The notes under the pieces: generated by a model
The model's input: only the letters and a program-made list of their open reading frames with translations
What the model was told of the DNA's origin: nothing
The model's database searches: none
Assembly (NCBI GenBank): GCA_002633005.1
Contig: NMRA01000065.1
Location: forward strand, 174,420-238,419
DNA: 64,000 bases
Origin: Phoronis australis
Lineage: Eukaryota; Animalia; Phoronida
Direction of reading: 5' to 3'
Program-made: the position numbers and the translations under genes
Shown here: piece by piece, positions 1-11,261 of the stretch
Position numbering within the stretch: the stretch's first letter is position 1
Layout: the number at the start of each line of letters is the position of its first letter

Positions 1-785
1 CAAACTTTAACATTGTCCCTTATAATTTTCTTAATGGCGTGTTCGTCCTGGAGGTAATTATTAGACATGACATTTTTGTAGAATATCTTTTATGTGACAC
101 CGGTCCGACGTGCAGGGACTTCATAGCTAATTCTGGACACAAATCGCTTAACATGGAAATTCACAAAAGCATTGGTATACCCATTATTCACCAGTGTTTG
201 TCTTATGCGATCTACCTCTTGATTGAACAATAGCCAGTTGGACGACACCGAATACGCCCTCTTTAGGAAGTTGGCCACAACGGCGACCTTATACCGCTCA
301 GGGCACCCACTTATTGCGTGGAGACAGAAACCTTTATCAGTAGGCTTGCGGTAAACTGATGTAGAAAATTCAGATGGAGAATGGTTCACAAGAACGTCCA
401 AAAACGGAATCTTGTCATTTACAGGAAGCTCGTGGGTAAACTTCAATTCAGAGTGAAGCTCAAGTTCATCACGTAATGATAACAAGTCATCAAAGGCACA
501 ATAAACAAAAATATCATCTACATAACGTACACATGTACAGATAGGAATACCAACGATCACATTGCTAGCCCTTTTTTCCACTTCAGACATATAGAATTCC
601 GGGAAAGTGGGACCCAGAGGAGAGCCCATGCTCAAACCATCATTTTGCAAAAACAATTTCCCATTTGTATGGCGAAATAGTACTTTGGTTGTGCAGATGG
701 TTAACAACTCTCTCATACATGTACGAGTTGGTGAAATGTCGGGTGGCTTTAAATGTGGGTGACGGTATACACTATGATAAGCAAG
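1..785 (-). mobile_element. Penelope-like retroelement, reverse transcriptase fragment (decayed, runs off window start)
   Basis: ORF 716-90 has GLSMGSPLGP, RYVDD, IPFLDV and SVYRKPT motifs typical of Penelope RT. The frame continues upstream (YRHPHLKPPDIS) and past an in-frame stop downstream (IFYKNVMSNNYLQDEHAIKKII). Confidence 0.9.
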
Positions 786-1750
786 TAGGTTTGCAGTACG
801 CGAGAAAAGGAATAAATATTCCTGGCCGAACCTTCACAGCATTTGATCATGAAAGTTGGAAGCCCACAGCAGTAAAATCCTGTTGTTTCTGCAGTAAATA
901 TGTTAGCAAAGGAGAACGTAAGTGTAAAAATCAGCCGTTAGAGTTTAAATGTGTGAGAAAACTTGATAAACCACCATAGAGCTCCCTTGACCATGCAATG
1001 GAAAGCACGGATTGTAGATGAGACGGAAGGACCTACAAATGTAAAGGGTGGCGAGAAACGAGATGGACGGAGTTGTGATGGAAAGAACAGATTATTTTTT
1101 CATTTTCCCCTAAAACATTCCAATTTGAATAAATTCATTGTCATCTACATATTGCGACAGGCACAGTTACAAAAATAACAATGGAATGCCATTGTTTGAC
1201 TGTCACAGTGAGTTTAAATAACGGTATACGCCCGCACGAAATAAAAAAAACAGAAATACGAATTTCTTAAAAACAATTACTTTTTGGATCACCATTTCAT
1301 ACACTTGGTGTGGCAATACATCCAACAAAGACTCTAATTTCACTACCTAGCCACACCTTTCCATCACAATATCATTCTTCCCTTCGCAATCTGGGTTCTT
1401 TGCTGCATGACTAGAAGCCAGCAGCGAGAATTGGCGAATTGCAATATTATCGCAGGTGTTTTACTGTGGTCAAAGGTAATAACTTCAAGACGTCAACCTC
1501 AGAAAAAAACGAAATTGCTAGACAAAGCAAGTTAAAGTTGTACTCTCAGTGTTAGCAAGTTGAAAGCTGATATTGTCTTTGTAAATACTGAAAACATTCG
1601 AGTGGGTCAGATACTTTTGTATCTATGACCACTCAAACTTAGGGTTACGACTTTGTGTCCTTCCCCATGCAGTCAGGAAACACTACCAATCATAAAACCT
1701 TCATAATACAATTGATCACATAACACAATTGAATGTGATACAGGTATGTA

Positions 1751-3514
1751 TCAGGTGTCCCAAAAAGTGAGCCACTATTGACAAGTCATTTCTCAGCAAC
1801 TGACGTAACCGAATTCGTTCAAAATTTTCACAACGTGTCTTCGGGGTGTCATCAACAAGTCTACGAACTATCTCAGAGAAATATGGAAAATATGGAAGTA
1901 CTGTGAAATTAAAAGAAGCGGGGTGAAAAATGCAATATCGCTGTGACTTACATCGTGTTATAGGATCTGCCAGACAAAAAAAATTGCCTGCCTGGGTATC
2001 AAATCCACTGTTTTTTATTGTCAGATCTGTATGCAAATCAATTCTGTCCAATATTCCGGTTTGTAAGGATATCTTTGAGTGAAAGTTGAAAGTGATAATT
2101 TACAATTGAAACCTGTTTCAAGGAAAAAGTGTGGAGCGGAAGGAGAGTAGTAAGGGAGTTCCCAGGAAAAGTGTGGAGTCGTGCGACTATAAATAGCATG
2201 TGCGCACCCAGCGTAATATATAGGCTCGAATTTTTAACAGTGTGGACCTTTTACTAACAAAAAACGGGGTACTAAAACGGGGTTCCACTGTCAGAGCTAT
2301 GAATTGTGAATTCACGCCTTTGTACTGGACTTTTGTCTCGTTTTCTCGACCTGTTTGTTTCGCTGAGTAGGATCTTTTTGTCCACTCCGCCAAATTGGGG
2401 GGGGGCTCCTTTGAGTCCCTCGAGACCCCCCCCGGTTCGCGCATGAATAGTCTTATTGCTAAAATCCGCAACATAGGGTCTGTTGCGTGTAAAAGTGGTA
2501 GTGAGAGACCCAAAACTGCATGTTCAAAAAAAAACAGGATCATGTTGAGGAACTAATTTAATCCAGGACAAACCGAGGAATTTCAAATCTCTGATAGAAG
2601 TCGCAAACGATTTACAAGTGAGCAAGTCTTCTGTCCAAAAAATGGCGAAAAAACTGGAATTAAAACCCTTCAAAAGAATGTGGGTATCACGGAGGGATCA
2701 AAATGTTACAAAGAAAAGAAAAAAAACTTGATGCTGCTACTTGCATGACCGCTGAAATGAAAAGAATCATTTTCACTAATGAAAAAGACTTTATGCTAGA
2801 AATCGCTAAAAATCTCCGAAACGATCCTGTTTATGGGAAACAAAAACGAGATATTTAGCCTTCTCGACTCTATCATGAGACACCCAGAAAAAAAACAAAT
2901 TTTACTGACACTGACAGAGCTAAAGTTAACAGTCAACGTTAAATGCTGTTATTGGACGAAAATCTTGTCCCGGATTGCAGGCGACTTTATCCTGGAAACA
3001 ATTACGTGTTTCAGCAAGATGGGGCTCCTTCACACACGAGCAAGATAACCCAGGCTCATCTGGAGGAGGCCGCAACAAAATTCATCAAAAATGATGAGTG
3101 GGCTCCGCTCAGTCCTGACTGTAATCCAGTGGACCATGTCATATGAGACTCTCTGAAGGGGAAAGTTTACCGGGGAATAAGAGGCAAATTGACTGAAAAA
3201 GAGTTAAAAGACAGGTCAATCATGAAATCTCGATGGAAGAAATACGGAAAACTATTTCTGATTGGAAGAAACAGCTCCGTTTACTAATGGAGGAAGATGG
3301 AGGCCACATTGAGCATAGACTGAAATAAGCGAGCTTCCCTTGATGTTTTTAATTTAACAGTACTCGCACAATTAGACACAAATCTATTTCATATTTTGTG
3401 CATTTATTGATGATAGCATAAGGTTGATCTGTAAGAAATCTGAAAAAAATTGGTTCATCCGTTGCTGAGTAATAAATTACATGTCAATTATGGCTCACTT
3501 TTTCGGACACCTAA
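1751..3514 (+). mobile_element. Tc1/mariner superfamily DNA transposon, DD37D (maT) type, inactive
   Basis: TIRs TCAGGTGTCCCAAAAAGTGAGCCA (1751) and TGGCTCACTTTTTCGGACACCTAA (ends 3514), flanked by TA. Transposase remnant 2943-3146 FQQDGAPSH...WAPLSPDCNPVD has 37 residues between the second and third Asp. Frameshifts and stops are present. Confidence 0.9.
2197..2445. mobile_element. MITE family A (CATG...CATG termini), nested in the maT element
   Basis: Starts CATGTGCGCACCC, ends CCGGTTCGCGCATG; exact 5-bp TSD AATAG (2192-2196 and 2446-2450). Homologous copies at 31853 and 36955. Confidence 0.85.
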
Positions 3515-3602
3515 TATATGTACATAAAAATAAACTGAAATTGATGAATGATATGTCTTACAGAAGTATTTCTACTGTCCGGATGTCAGTGATTGGTCTT
3601 AC

Positions 3603-3818
3603 CTGGCCACCCTCTGAACACGGAAACTTTGCACAAAGTTAGAATGCGTGGAGTGTTCTTCACAATCTTTATTTCTACTTCGTGTCCTCTGAGACTCGTG
3701 TTACATCGCAAAAGTCGCACACCAACTGGGAACGCGCCGTGGAAGTGATAACATTCAAAGGGTGATCTCGGGTCCCCTTTCTTAATCACGGACACGGTAA
3801 AGTTCTCGAGGCTCTCGC
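3603..3818 (-). CDS. F-type lectin (fucolectin/FTP)-like domain gene, exon encoding the C-terminal half
   Basis: ttttag acceptor, 216-nt phase 1-1 exon GESLENFTVSV...ECYHFHG...CNTSLRGHEVEIK...LTLCKVSVF, then G|gtaag donor. LTLCxVxV is the characteristic last strand of the FTP domain. Confidence 0.7.
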
Positions 3819-4229
3819 CTAAAATGAAGATATTCTTATTCACGGAAGGCGCCATTCCGATAGGCACGTCAACTTGCAAATAGGAGCATAATTAAAGGCG
3901 AAGGCAACCTTTTCCCATGTCATTTTGAGCTAAAATAAGGTTGGTTGGTTATCCTAGACATATTTTTCACTTAATTACAGCTTTTCGTAATTTCATTAAT
4001 TACTCGTCCGCTTTTCCGGAAGTGACGTTTTAGGAGGCAAGCGCTTCCCGCCACTTGGTTTTGCGTTGAGCTTACTGTGCGAATCTGTTCTATTCTACTT
4101 TTGTTTTGTGCTGTTTTTCACCAATTGTCGCCACCACTTTCCATCGGCGAGTATTCTGCGGCAAGATAGGTTAGTAGAGAACTCAACTGCGTTGGATTTA
4201 GGGATTGTTTAGTGTGTTGTAAGCTGAAA

Positions 4230-4541
4230 ATGGCTGGAGTCGGTGACCCGTATCACAGTGACAGTAGTGTGAGTGACGGAGACCTTGTTCACAGCAGTGG
4301 TGACGAGGAATTTCTTCACGGACATTCAGTGGGTGGGTACATGTTTGAGCCCGAGTACACCGAGGCAGAGTACACACAGGCACAGGCAGCTGTTGAGAGA
4401 AACGAGGCGGCTACTGAAGACAGACGTGGTGACACATCTTGGTGCAAATGCCCTGTGTGCGTTGTTATGCCTACCTCAATTGAATGCTTGTGCTGTTCCG
4501 AGTTCCACATCAATTATCTTTTTGGTCTCTTCCTCCATTAG
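4230..4541 (+). pseudogene. Kolobok accessory protein KolX (P2X7 cytoplasmic ballast-like Cys domain), 3'-truncated
   Basis: Acidic N-terminus, YMFEPEY, then WCKCPVCVVMPTSIECLCCSE. Homology ends at the deletion junction near 4505. Confidence 0.75.
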
Positions 4542-4657
4542 AGTGTATGTGGTATACTTGGCTGACCGCCCTGGTGAGTCAGACAAGTTCTCCTTCTCCA
4601 TGAATTCCGCCACCAACTCGAGATGTTGTGACATGTATGCGTCATTGACAACTGCTA

Positions 4658-5572
4658 TTAAATAGGAATTCTGAATGTTGTTGAATGTTGTTTTCGAAAA
4701 AAAACTTTGACTTTTCCAAAGTCCATCATTGTCTTCACCGACTGAAACGTGTTTCCAGTGAAGAGCACACCACTGGACATGGTTAAGTGGACCTCCGGCA
4801 TACCACGGACAGAGGAACAACTGTCCCACTTGCCAGAGTGTCCCGTGACACACTCCCACTGGATGGTGACCTGAGCACCCAAACTGCTTACATTGTGTCG
4901 TGTGACTCCCTCGCCACACACCTGGCACCTTCTAAATAGCTCCAACACTTTAGACAAGTCCACAATAAACTTATCAAAGTTTGGCTCACCGATCTGTTCA
5001 CTGGACGACGAACTGTCCTCTTCACTGGGTGTCGAACTGGGCCTGTAATCACTCCCACTACTCAATATCGCTGCAGGGCTGCTTAGAGGCTCTGGGCTGG
5101 AGAAAACAGCACAGGGCGAATCACTACTGGTTCCAGGAATTGCACGCTCTGGGGTACGTTCGGAGGCACGGGTGACAGTAGATGAAGTGCCTCCACTGGC
5201 TCCAGTCACTGTACTGGCCACAGCTCGCGAGGCTTCTCGCTTCAAAAACGCACTTCTCGGGGGTGGCGACGGGGCACTGCCGGGAATCAACACAGACGGA
5301 ATGGCATCCTTCTTCAAGCGTTGTTTCGCGGGGACCTTCATCAGTTCAGCGTACAAATCCCTTTCGTAATCGGACGGCAGAAAGTGCTTGCCACACACAC
5401 GGTAATTCTCCACTGCTTTGTACGTTGCGTGGACGGGTAACGCTGCGTTCTTCACACGAACGAGCCAAGTACGGCGAAGTGTGTCATCCATCGGAAAGCG
5501 ATGCAAAGGCACTCCCAAAGCGCGCGTGAGCCGATAATTACTACATCCCGGTCCGCAGCAACAGTGTGGCAT
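4658..5572 (-). CDS. THAP-domain N-terminal part of the Kolobok transposase (304-aa open frame, catalytic core lost)
   Basis: MPHCCCGPGCSN...LHRFP...W...VCGKHF...KDAIPSV is a C2CH THAP domain. It is followed by a Ser-rich linker and CQVC...WECVTGH...W. After a frameshift comes DSPGRSAKYTTYTLM (ORF 4928-4476), a Kolobok transposase motif. Confidence 0.8.
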   Translation of the reverse strand: MPHCCCGPGCSNYRLTRALGVPLHRFPMDDTLRRTWLVRVKNAALPVHATYKAVENYRVCGKHFLPSDYERDLYAELMKVPAKQRLKKDAIPSVLIPGSAPSPPPRSAFLKREASRAVASTVTGASGGTSSTVTRASERTPERAIPGTSSDSPCAVFSSPEPLSSPAAILSSGSDYRPSSTPSEEDSSSSSEQIGEPNFDKFIVDLSKVLELFRRCQVCGEGVTRHNVSSLGAQVTIQWECVTGHSGKWDSCSSVRGMPEVHLTMSSGVLFTGNTFQSVKTMMDFGKVKVFFRKQHSTTFRIPI

Positions 5573-5991
5573 GTTGACTGACTAGTAAATGAAAGCGAAC
5601 GACGACGGAACTGAACACAACCGAGGTAGAACAATGACTGACTCGGCAGCTCTCACAGTCAGACTATGTGAAAAGAAATTGGCGGGAAGCGCTTGCCTCC
5701 TAAAACGTCACTTCCGGAAAAGCGAACGAATAATTAATGAAATTACGAAAAGCTGTAATTAAGTGAAAAATATGTCTAGGATAACCAACCAACCTTATTT
5801 TAGCTCAAAATGACATGGAAAAAGGTTGTCTTCGCCTTTAAAGCCACATTCAATCGGAAACGGAACCAAATGAACCAAAAAGCCAAAACAGTACAGAGTG
5901 GATTACGACTCAAAACCATACCCATGACTGTTCAAGATAACGAAGAATGCATTTGGGATACCACTGGTAATCCACAATAGCTGATAGCCTG

Positions 5992-6239
5992 GGACCCGTT
6001 CTTAGAAACTGACGTAAGTTCAGTTTTGACTGAAGTCCAAGATATGTATCAACTTCCAAACTTTGAAACTTCCACAGCCGGTAAGTTAGTCCAACTTAAG
6101 ACATAACTTAAGTCAAAAACTTATGTCGAACTTAAAATCATTTTTCTGGAACGTACTTAAGACAAACTGAAATTTTATTCCAAAATTTACTTAAATTTAG
6201 GATTTGTCTTAGCTAAGTCAACTTCCTTGAAGCGGGCCC
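5992..6239. mobile_element. PIF/Harbinger-type MITE
   Basis: Imperfect TIRs GGACCCGTTCTTAGAAACTGAC and GTCAACTTCCTTGAAGCGGGCCC, CTG on both flanks (3-bp CWG TSD), internal ACTTAAG motifs. Confidence 0.6.
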
Positions 6240-6343
6240 CTGCCTTATAGGCATACAATCAGGTCAATGGGTCAAAGGCTATTAATTGACGCATTCCGAC
6301 GAGAAAACTGAGTTAGGCGGGTCATTTGTGGAACTTAGCCTGC

Positions 6344-6553
6344 CTTTCGCTGGTTTAAAGCCTATCAGAACGTATCGTATCCGGTGACTTCCTGCGGACC
6401 TGTTCCCAATGGTGACACGCCATCTTGGATGAACCACTTTGGCCGAATGTGCGCAGCCATGTTTGAAATGTGCGTCCAGAGGGTATCGCACAGCGACGGC
6501 TGCGTTGGCATTATTTCCAGACATGAAGGAAGGCTTGTTGAAGGCTTGATCAA
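6344..6553 (-). CDS. F-type lectin-like domain gene, exon encoding the N-terminal half
   Basis: ttctag acceptor, then VDQAFNKPSFMS...AVAV...CAHS...HPRWRVTIG...IRYVLI, matching the FTP pattern NVAxxKPxxxS...CxHT...PWWxVDLG. Phase matches exon 3818-3603 only with a GC donor at 6343, so the 3' boundary is uncertain. Confidence 0.65.
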
Positions 6554-8223
6554 CTAGAATAGTTAAAAGTGTATGGTTCAAAATCATATTAACAAAAACC
6601 GATGGATGTGGCGGATGCGACAACCTTACGGATATGCAAAGGAAATATAGGACAGCAATCCTTAGTCTTCAAGACTGAAGGATTGACTTATGAAAAGTTG
6701 GCCAGAAGCCCGGCTGAGTTGTCACTACCTGGGACCAAACGTAACTGTGTCGAAGCCCCATTGGCTCGTGGAGCCTGAACGCCACTATTTTTGCCTCCTC
6801 AAACATATACATGTATGCGTAGCTTTTTACGTTTGTGCCTCTTCTTGTCGGAATGCCGCGCGAAGCTGACAGCCCGTTTTATACCACAAGATTGGTTGAT
6901 GTCTCCATTGTCCGGTTGCATGAAACAGTCCCAAATATGGGCTCAACTAAGTTCCCGAGATTTCCTGCGTATGTGCGGGTTGTGAAAACACTGATTGTCC
7001 CTTCTTATGCTGTTTTAGTTAACTTTTTGAATTTTATAGAAATTGGGGGTGAACTCCACGTTGAATTCTCAATATTATCGAAAATCAAGAGGGATCTTTT
7101 TATGCATCAGCACTAGTTAAAGGACTAAATCCTTATTATTTTCAATGAACTCAAGGCTTAGTTTTCAGTTATATTAGAAAATGACAGTTGTCGAAAAGGA
7201 TCTCATAATAAAGATGAAATGATAGAGAAAGATTACACCTGAGAGTAAAAAAGACACAAATACGCAAAGATTTAGGGAAAATTATTGATTCCCTATATGG
7301 AACTGTTTCGTGCAACCTGCTACATCAGGGCAGCTAGGGCTCTGACAGTTGACAAAACGTTCAAAATATTCGTCTACTTGCCAAATTGTCTTTTAGCTCC
7401 TCTACCATAGCGTTGGCTTACGACCGCAAAAGTCGGGAATTCGAATCCGTCTTGGACTTAATCTCAAATTCACAACATTTCATGACAGCGCTAAAGCACG
7501 GTAGCTTCTAGATAGTACATTAGAGTTCTGACACCTAACAGAGTTGAAGTCACGGTGCTAAGAAAATTGTTATTTTCCCAAAGTTTCGAGGAATAGAAAT
7601 AAGGAAATCTCGGTGTGGCCACTTTGTCGTAATATGAGCAGACCAATAACTGATGCGCATTTTTCAGTAAATGTATTAAACCTTTCCTATAATGTCGACC
7701 TAATGACTTCCAGGTCCCAACCTGGTTGAGATCTAAGGTTGATTTCTGACTACATGTAGGTAAAGTTTCCCAGAAACGGAGAACGCTTGGGACTAACTTG
7801 TGAAAATGGGGAAGTTTTAGAAAGTATTGTCTCTTGATTTATATGGTCGAGAGTCTGGTACAGAATATGTGAGATTGAAAGAGACTGGTAGTTAAGTTAA
7901 ACGAGCCAAATGGTCGGTTGCTATGCAAATTGGCTTTTAGTTCAAATAGCATTTCGTCGGGCTGCGTGGTTAGAGCTAACCTGAGATGTGCATCTTTAGT
8001 GTCGCTTCAATATGATTAGTCAAAATGATAGCGCAAAATGGTGGATTTGGTTTTGCGATACTTTTTGCCATTGAAAAGTGACCACAAAACGTAAGACTGG
8101 AGGAACATTTCTAATAGTCACCACGTGCATTAGGACGACGTGAGTTGCAAAATTGTGCTATAACGACAAGAACCGTCAATGTACGGTCTTCCTCCCTATG
8201 TAGAGTGGAAAATGTTAACTCAC

Positions 8224-8304
8224 CTATTTCCCATTTGGCGTGGCTGTCCCAACTCTGCGCATGTTCCAGCATGATCAGATGCACGAGCACCAGATTAAGT
8301 TGAC
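8224..8304 (-). CDS. Candidate upstream exon (signal-peptide-like) of the F-lectin gene
   Basis: ttccag acceptor, 81 nt, gtgagt donor; phase 1-1, encodes GQLNLVLVHLIMLEHAQSWDSHAKWEI. A TATAAAT lies on the minus strand at 8481-8475. The start codon is not resolved. Confidence 0.35.
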
Positions 8305-9179
8305 CTGGAAATATGCGATATGCCTAACAAGAAAAACGCGCACATCCAACCCTGTTGCGACACATACTGTCTCACTTGACACATATTGTCGCCCCGGGGG
8401 GAAAACTTCAATATGTAGTTGGTGTCACGATATATGCCGTGAAGCCCTATATATTTTGTTGCGCCGTCGACGCTATTTATAGATGTTGACGGCATATGTT
8501 GTTGCACTTGGCATGTACTGTCGTCCTGTACAGTATGTGTCGAGTGCGACGTTTGTGTCTCCACAAACTCTTGGTCGTCTACAACGGACATTATAGGGAA
8601 ACAATACAAAATACTGGCAGGAAACATTTCAGAATAAGGAAAAATCGTCGTCATGCCTACAAATGAATGCAACAGAAAACAAAAACATTGAAAATTTCAT
8701 TAAATACATCGTATGATTGTTTAGGGTTTCTCTTACTTAGCTAAAAACTAGCTGATGTTTTTGAGCGGGGTGTGAAATATATGTTGGTCTATTTAAAGGT
8801 TTACTTACCACTGCTGTAAGTGTTCATCTCTCTAAAGTTACAACTTAAATTTGGTCAATGCGCGAGCTTTCCTCGTAGACTCACGAATTCGCGAGACGAA
8901 GTACTTTCTTGTTCTTTCGTTTCGCATCATCAAATTTGAATGAATTCATACATTCTAAATCTAACGCGTAATTTCATGTGCACGTTAAAATATGTTCGTG
9001 ATTCTGAACACCCACGCGCTTTAAAAGTAAGCAATGAAGCCATGTTTCAATAAATATTGGAGCTTTGCAAATGGAAAATGTTCAAATATTTAAGCAGACT
9101 TCAAATCGTTTGTTTTTTATATCAACGTGGGTGGTTTAAGAATTAAGTTTTTATTTCTCTGTACGTAGGTGACGCAAAT

Positions 9180-9970
9180 TGCGTTATGCCGATTACACAG
9201 CACTCCTTGCAAGCCAAGCTGAAGACGTGCAGAACACACTGAACACTGTAGAGGAAGTAAGTGGAGAACATGGACGTGGCATGAACACCAAGAAAACAAA
9301 AGTAATGGTCATATCAAAAAAACACCCCAGTAAATGTCGACATCAAAGTTGAAGATTCACAAATAGAACAAGTAAATAGATTGAAATACCTTGGGCAAAC
9401 TATAAAGACAGATTGAAAATGTGAAACAGAGATAAGAGAACGAACTGGAATGGCCAAATCAGGATTTATAGGAATGAAAACAATATTAACATCAAGAAAC
9501 ATATCAATCGCCCTCAGACTGCGACTCACAGCTTGCTACATATATTCGATCCTTATGTACGTATGTGAGGCATGGACTCTCAATAAAACATTGGAAAGAA
9601 AGATCGAAGCGTTTGAAATGTGGATATTTAGAAGGATCGGAAGAATAAGCTTGACGCAGAAAATGACAAATGAAGACGCGTGCAAACAACTAGGTGTCAA
9701 ACCATCTCTTTTGTCTACCATCCAAAGTGGTAAATTGAACTTTTTTGGGCACACGGCAAGACACGACAGCATACAGAAAGACATACTATACGGGCACGTG
9801 GAAGGGAAAAGAGCAAGAGGACGACGATTAACGTGGAGGGATGACATCAAGACATGGACAAGATCAACGATGACAGAATGCACCAGACTGGCAAACAACA
9901 GAGAGAGATGAAGGTCCATTTCACGTCGACTTCAAAAGAGATGACACCCGATGATGATGATGATGATGAT
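9180..9970 (+). mobile_element. RTE-clade LINE, 5'-truncated
   Basis: Begins at LRYADY (degenerate YADD), then KTKVMVI, KYLG, YVCEAWTL, IEAFEMWIFRRI, FFGHTAR, VEGKRARGR. (GAT)n 3' tail at 9950-9970. Approximate 15-bp TSD GTAGGTGACGCAAAT (9165) and GCAGGTGACGAAAAT (9971). Confidence 0.92.
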
Positions 9971-10289
9971 GCAGGTGACGAAAATGGGAAAACTCAAAAC
10001 TAAACCAGTGACTTACGAAACAGGTACAGCAACTTGCATTACCGTGATCGTAAATTCTTTTCGTTGACTGGGAGATAATCTATAGCATTTACGAGTAAAA
10101 ACACCAAAAAATCGTATGTCGGCGGTTTCAGTTGCAAGCTATCCCTCAGTTCTAATTGAAATATTTTTGTCCACTACTGTAAGATTTTTGGTTTCACGTT
10201 TAACGGGGTTCGTCAAAGAATGCCAAAAAGTCGAACCTATTCGTTGTTTAAGATATTGGCTAATTTATGAAACAATAGAACATTATCTT

Positions 10290-11120
10290 TTCTGAAATGA
10301 TCTGGAATGTGTTACAACACGACTGGTTAATAACGTACGTAATTTTTGACAATACATGGGCAAATCATAAAGCTGTGCTAAGTAGAAATCCATACGCCTT
10401 ACATTTTATCGTCTGCAAAACACTAAAACAACCAAATGCGCGCCAACCAAACAATGCCGGAATTCCGAGAAGGTGACAAGGTTATGACTGGCAAATCAGG
10501 TGTCGCAACTGTACGTACTTCCAGTCGGAAGGACATGCAGACAACTTAAACAGACCCATCTCGGCGTCAAATTCCATATCCACGTTCATTCAAACGGAGA
10601 CAAGCCCCACCTCAAGAAACACGGCGAGGCTGTCTAGCTGTGCTGTCTCAATGTTATTTCAGTGCTCACGTGCGGGGAAGCCTTGCTGACTGCATAGATT
10701 ATAGACAACTATAGTCAATGCTGACTGTTATTTATAAACATTTTAAAAGTCTTAATAGCGCAACTTCAAAGACTATTATAACTTGAATATTTGCTAGAAA
10801 GCTGAATGCAATTTACAATTGTTACGCTTGAAATAAAACTATTAACAAAAAGTAACTAAATTACTTTACACTGCGCAAGCTTGCTTTTACAAAAGTCACG
10901 TCATGTGAGTGCAAGTTTTAACACGTCGAGTTTTTACGGCAAAAAGATCGTTTTTGCTGTTCATGTGAGAAAACAAATCCTACAATCGTCTTAGAATGAT
11001 GACATGGGCAAGACATTGTGGAAATTTCGTCAAAATGCCGAGGCTTGCCGAGGGAGTTTGATGAAATTTCCAAGAGGCTTTGCCCATGTCATAAACCTCA
11101 GATTCGTGTAGGATTCTCTA
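10290..11120 (+). mobile_element. Non-autonomous element with terminal ~140-bp palindrome (Crypton-like by inference), copy 1
   Basis: Homologous in reverse orientation to 46410-47173. Palindrome 10976-11115 has apex CCGAGGCTTGCCGAGG. Confidence 0.7.
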
Positions 11121-11261
11121 TTTATTTCAAATGACATACTATTTAATTTGAAAAGGCAGAGCTTGGATTGATTATTTGGTGTTTTGGCGTTTCATAATAG
11201 CGCGCGACATAATATTTCACAGTACTGTATGAACAATAGGCAAACCCGAGTGTAGACTTGA

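Larger units (their letters stand above)
3896..5837. mobile_element. Kolobok DNA transposon, internally deleted, with near-perfect 158-bp TIRs
   Basis: TTAA TSDs at 3892-3895 and 5838-5841, AG...CT termini, TIRs 3896-4053 and 5680-5837. Contains convergent truncated THAP-transposase and KolX genes. Sits in the F-lectin intron. Confidence 0.92.

Noticed and set aside
820-1500. Possible downstream exons of the F-lectin gene (acceptor-like sites near 1032 and 890 on the minus strand)
   Set aside because: I could not establish consistent donors, phase or domain similarity.
6830-6965. Possible additional F-lectin exon on the minus strand
   Set aside because: The acceptor is plausible, but the in-phase frame hits a stop before any phase-compatible donor.
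7395-7460. B-box-like GAATTCGAATCC suggesting a tRNA or SINE
   Set aside because: No clear A-box or cloverleaf; too degenerate to call.
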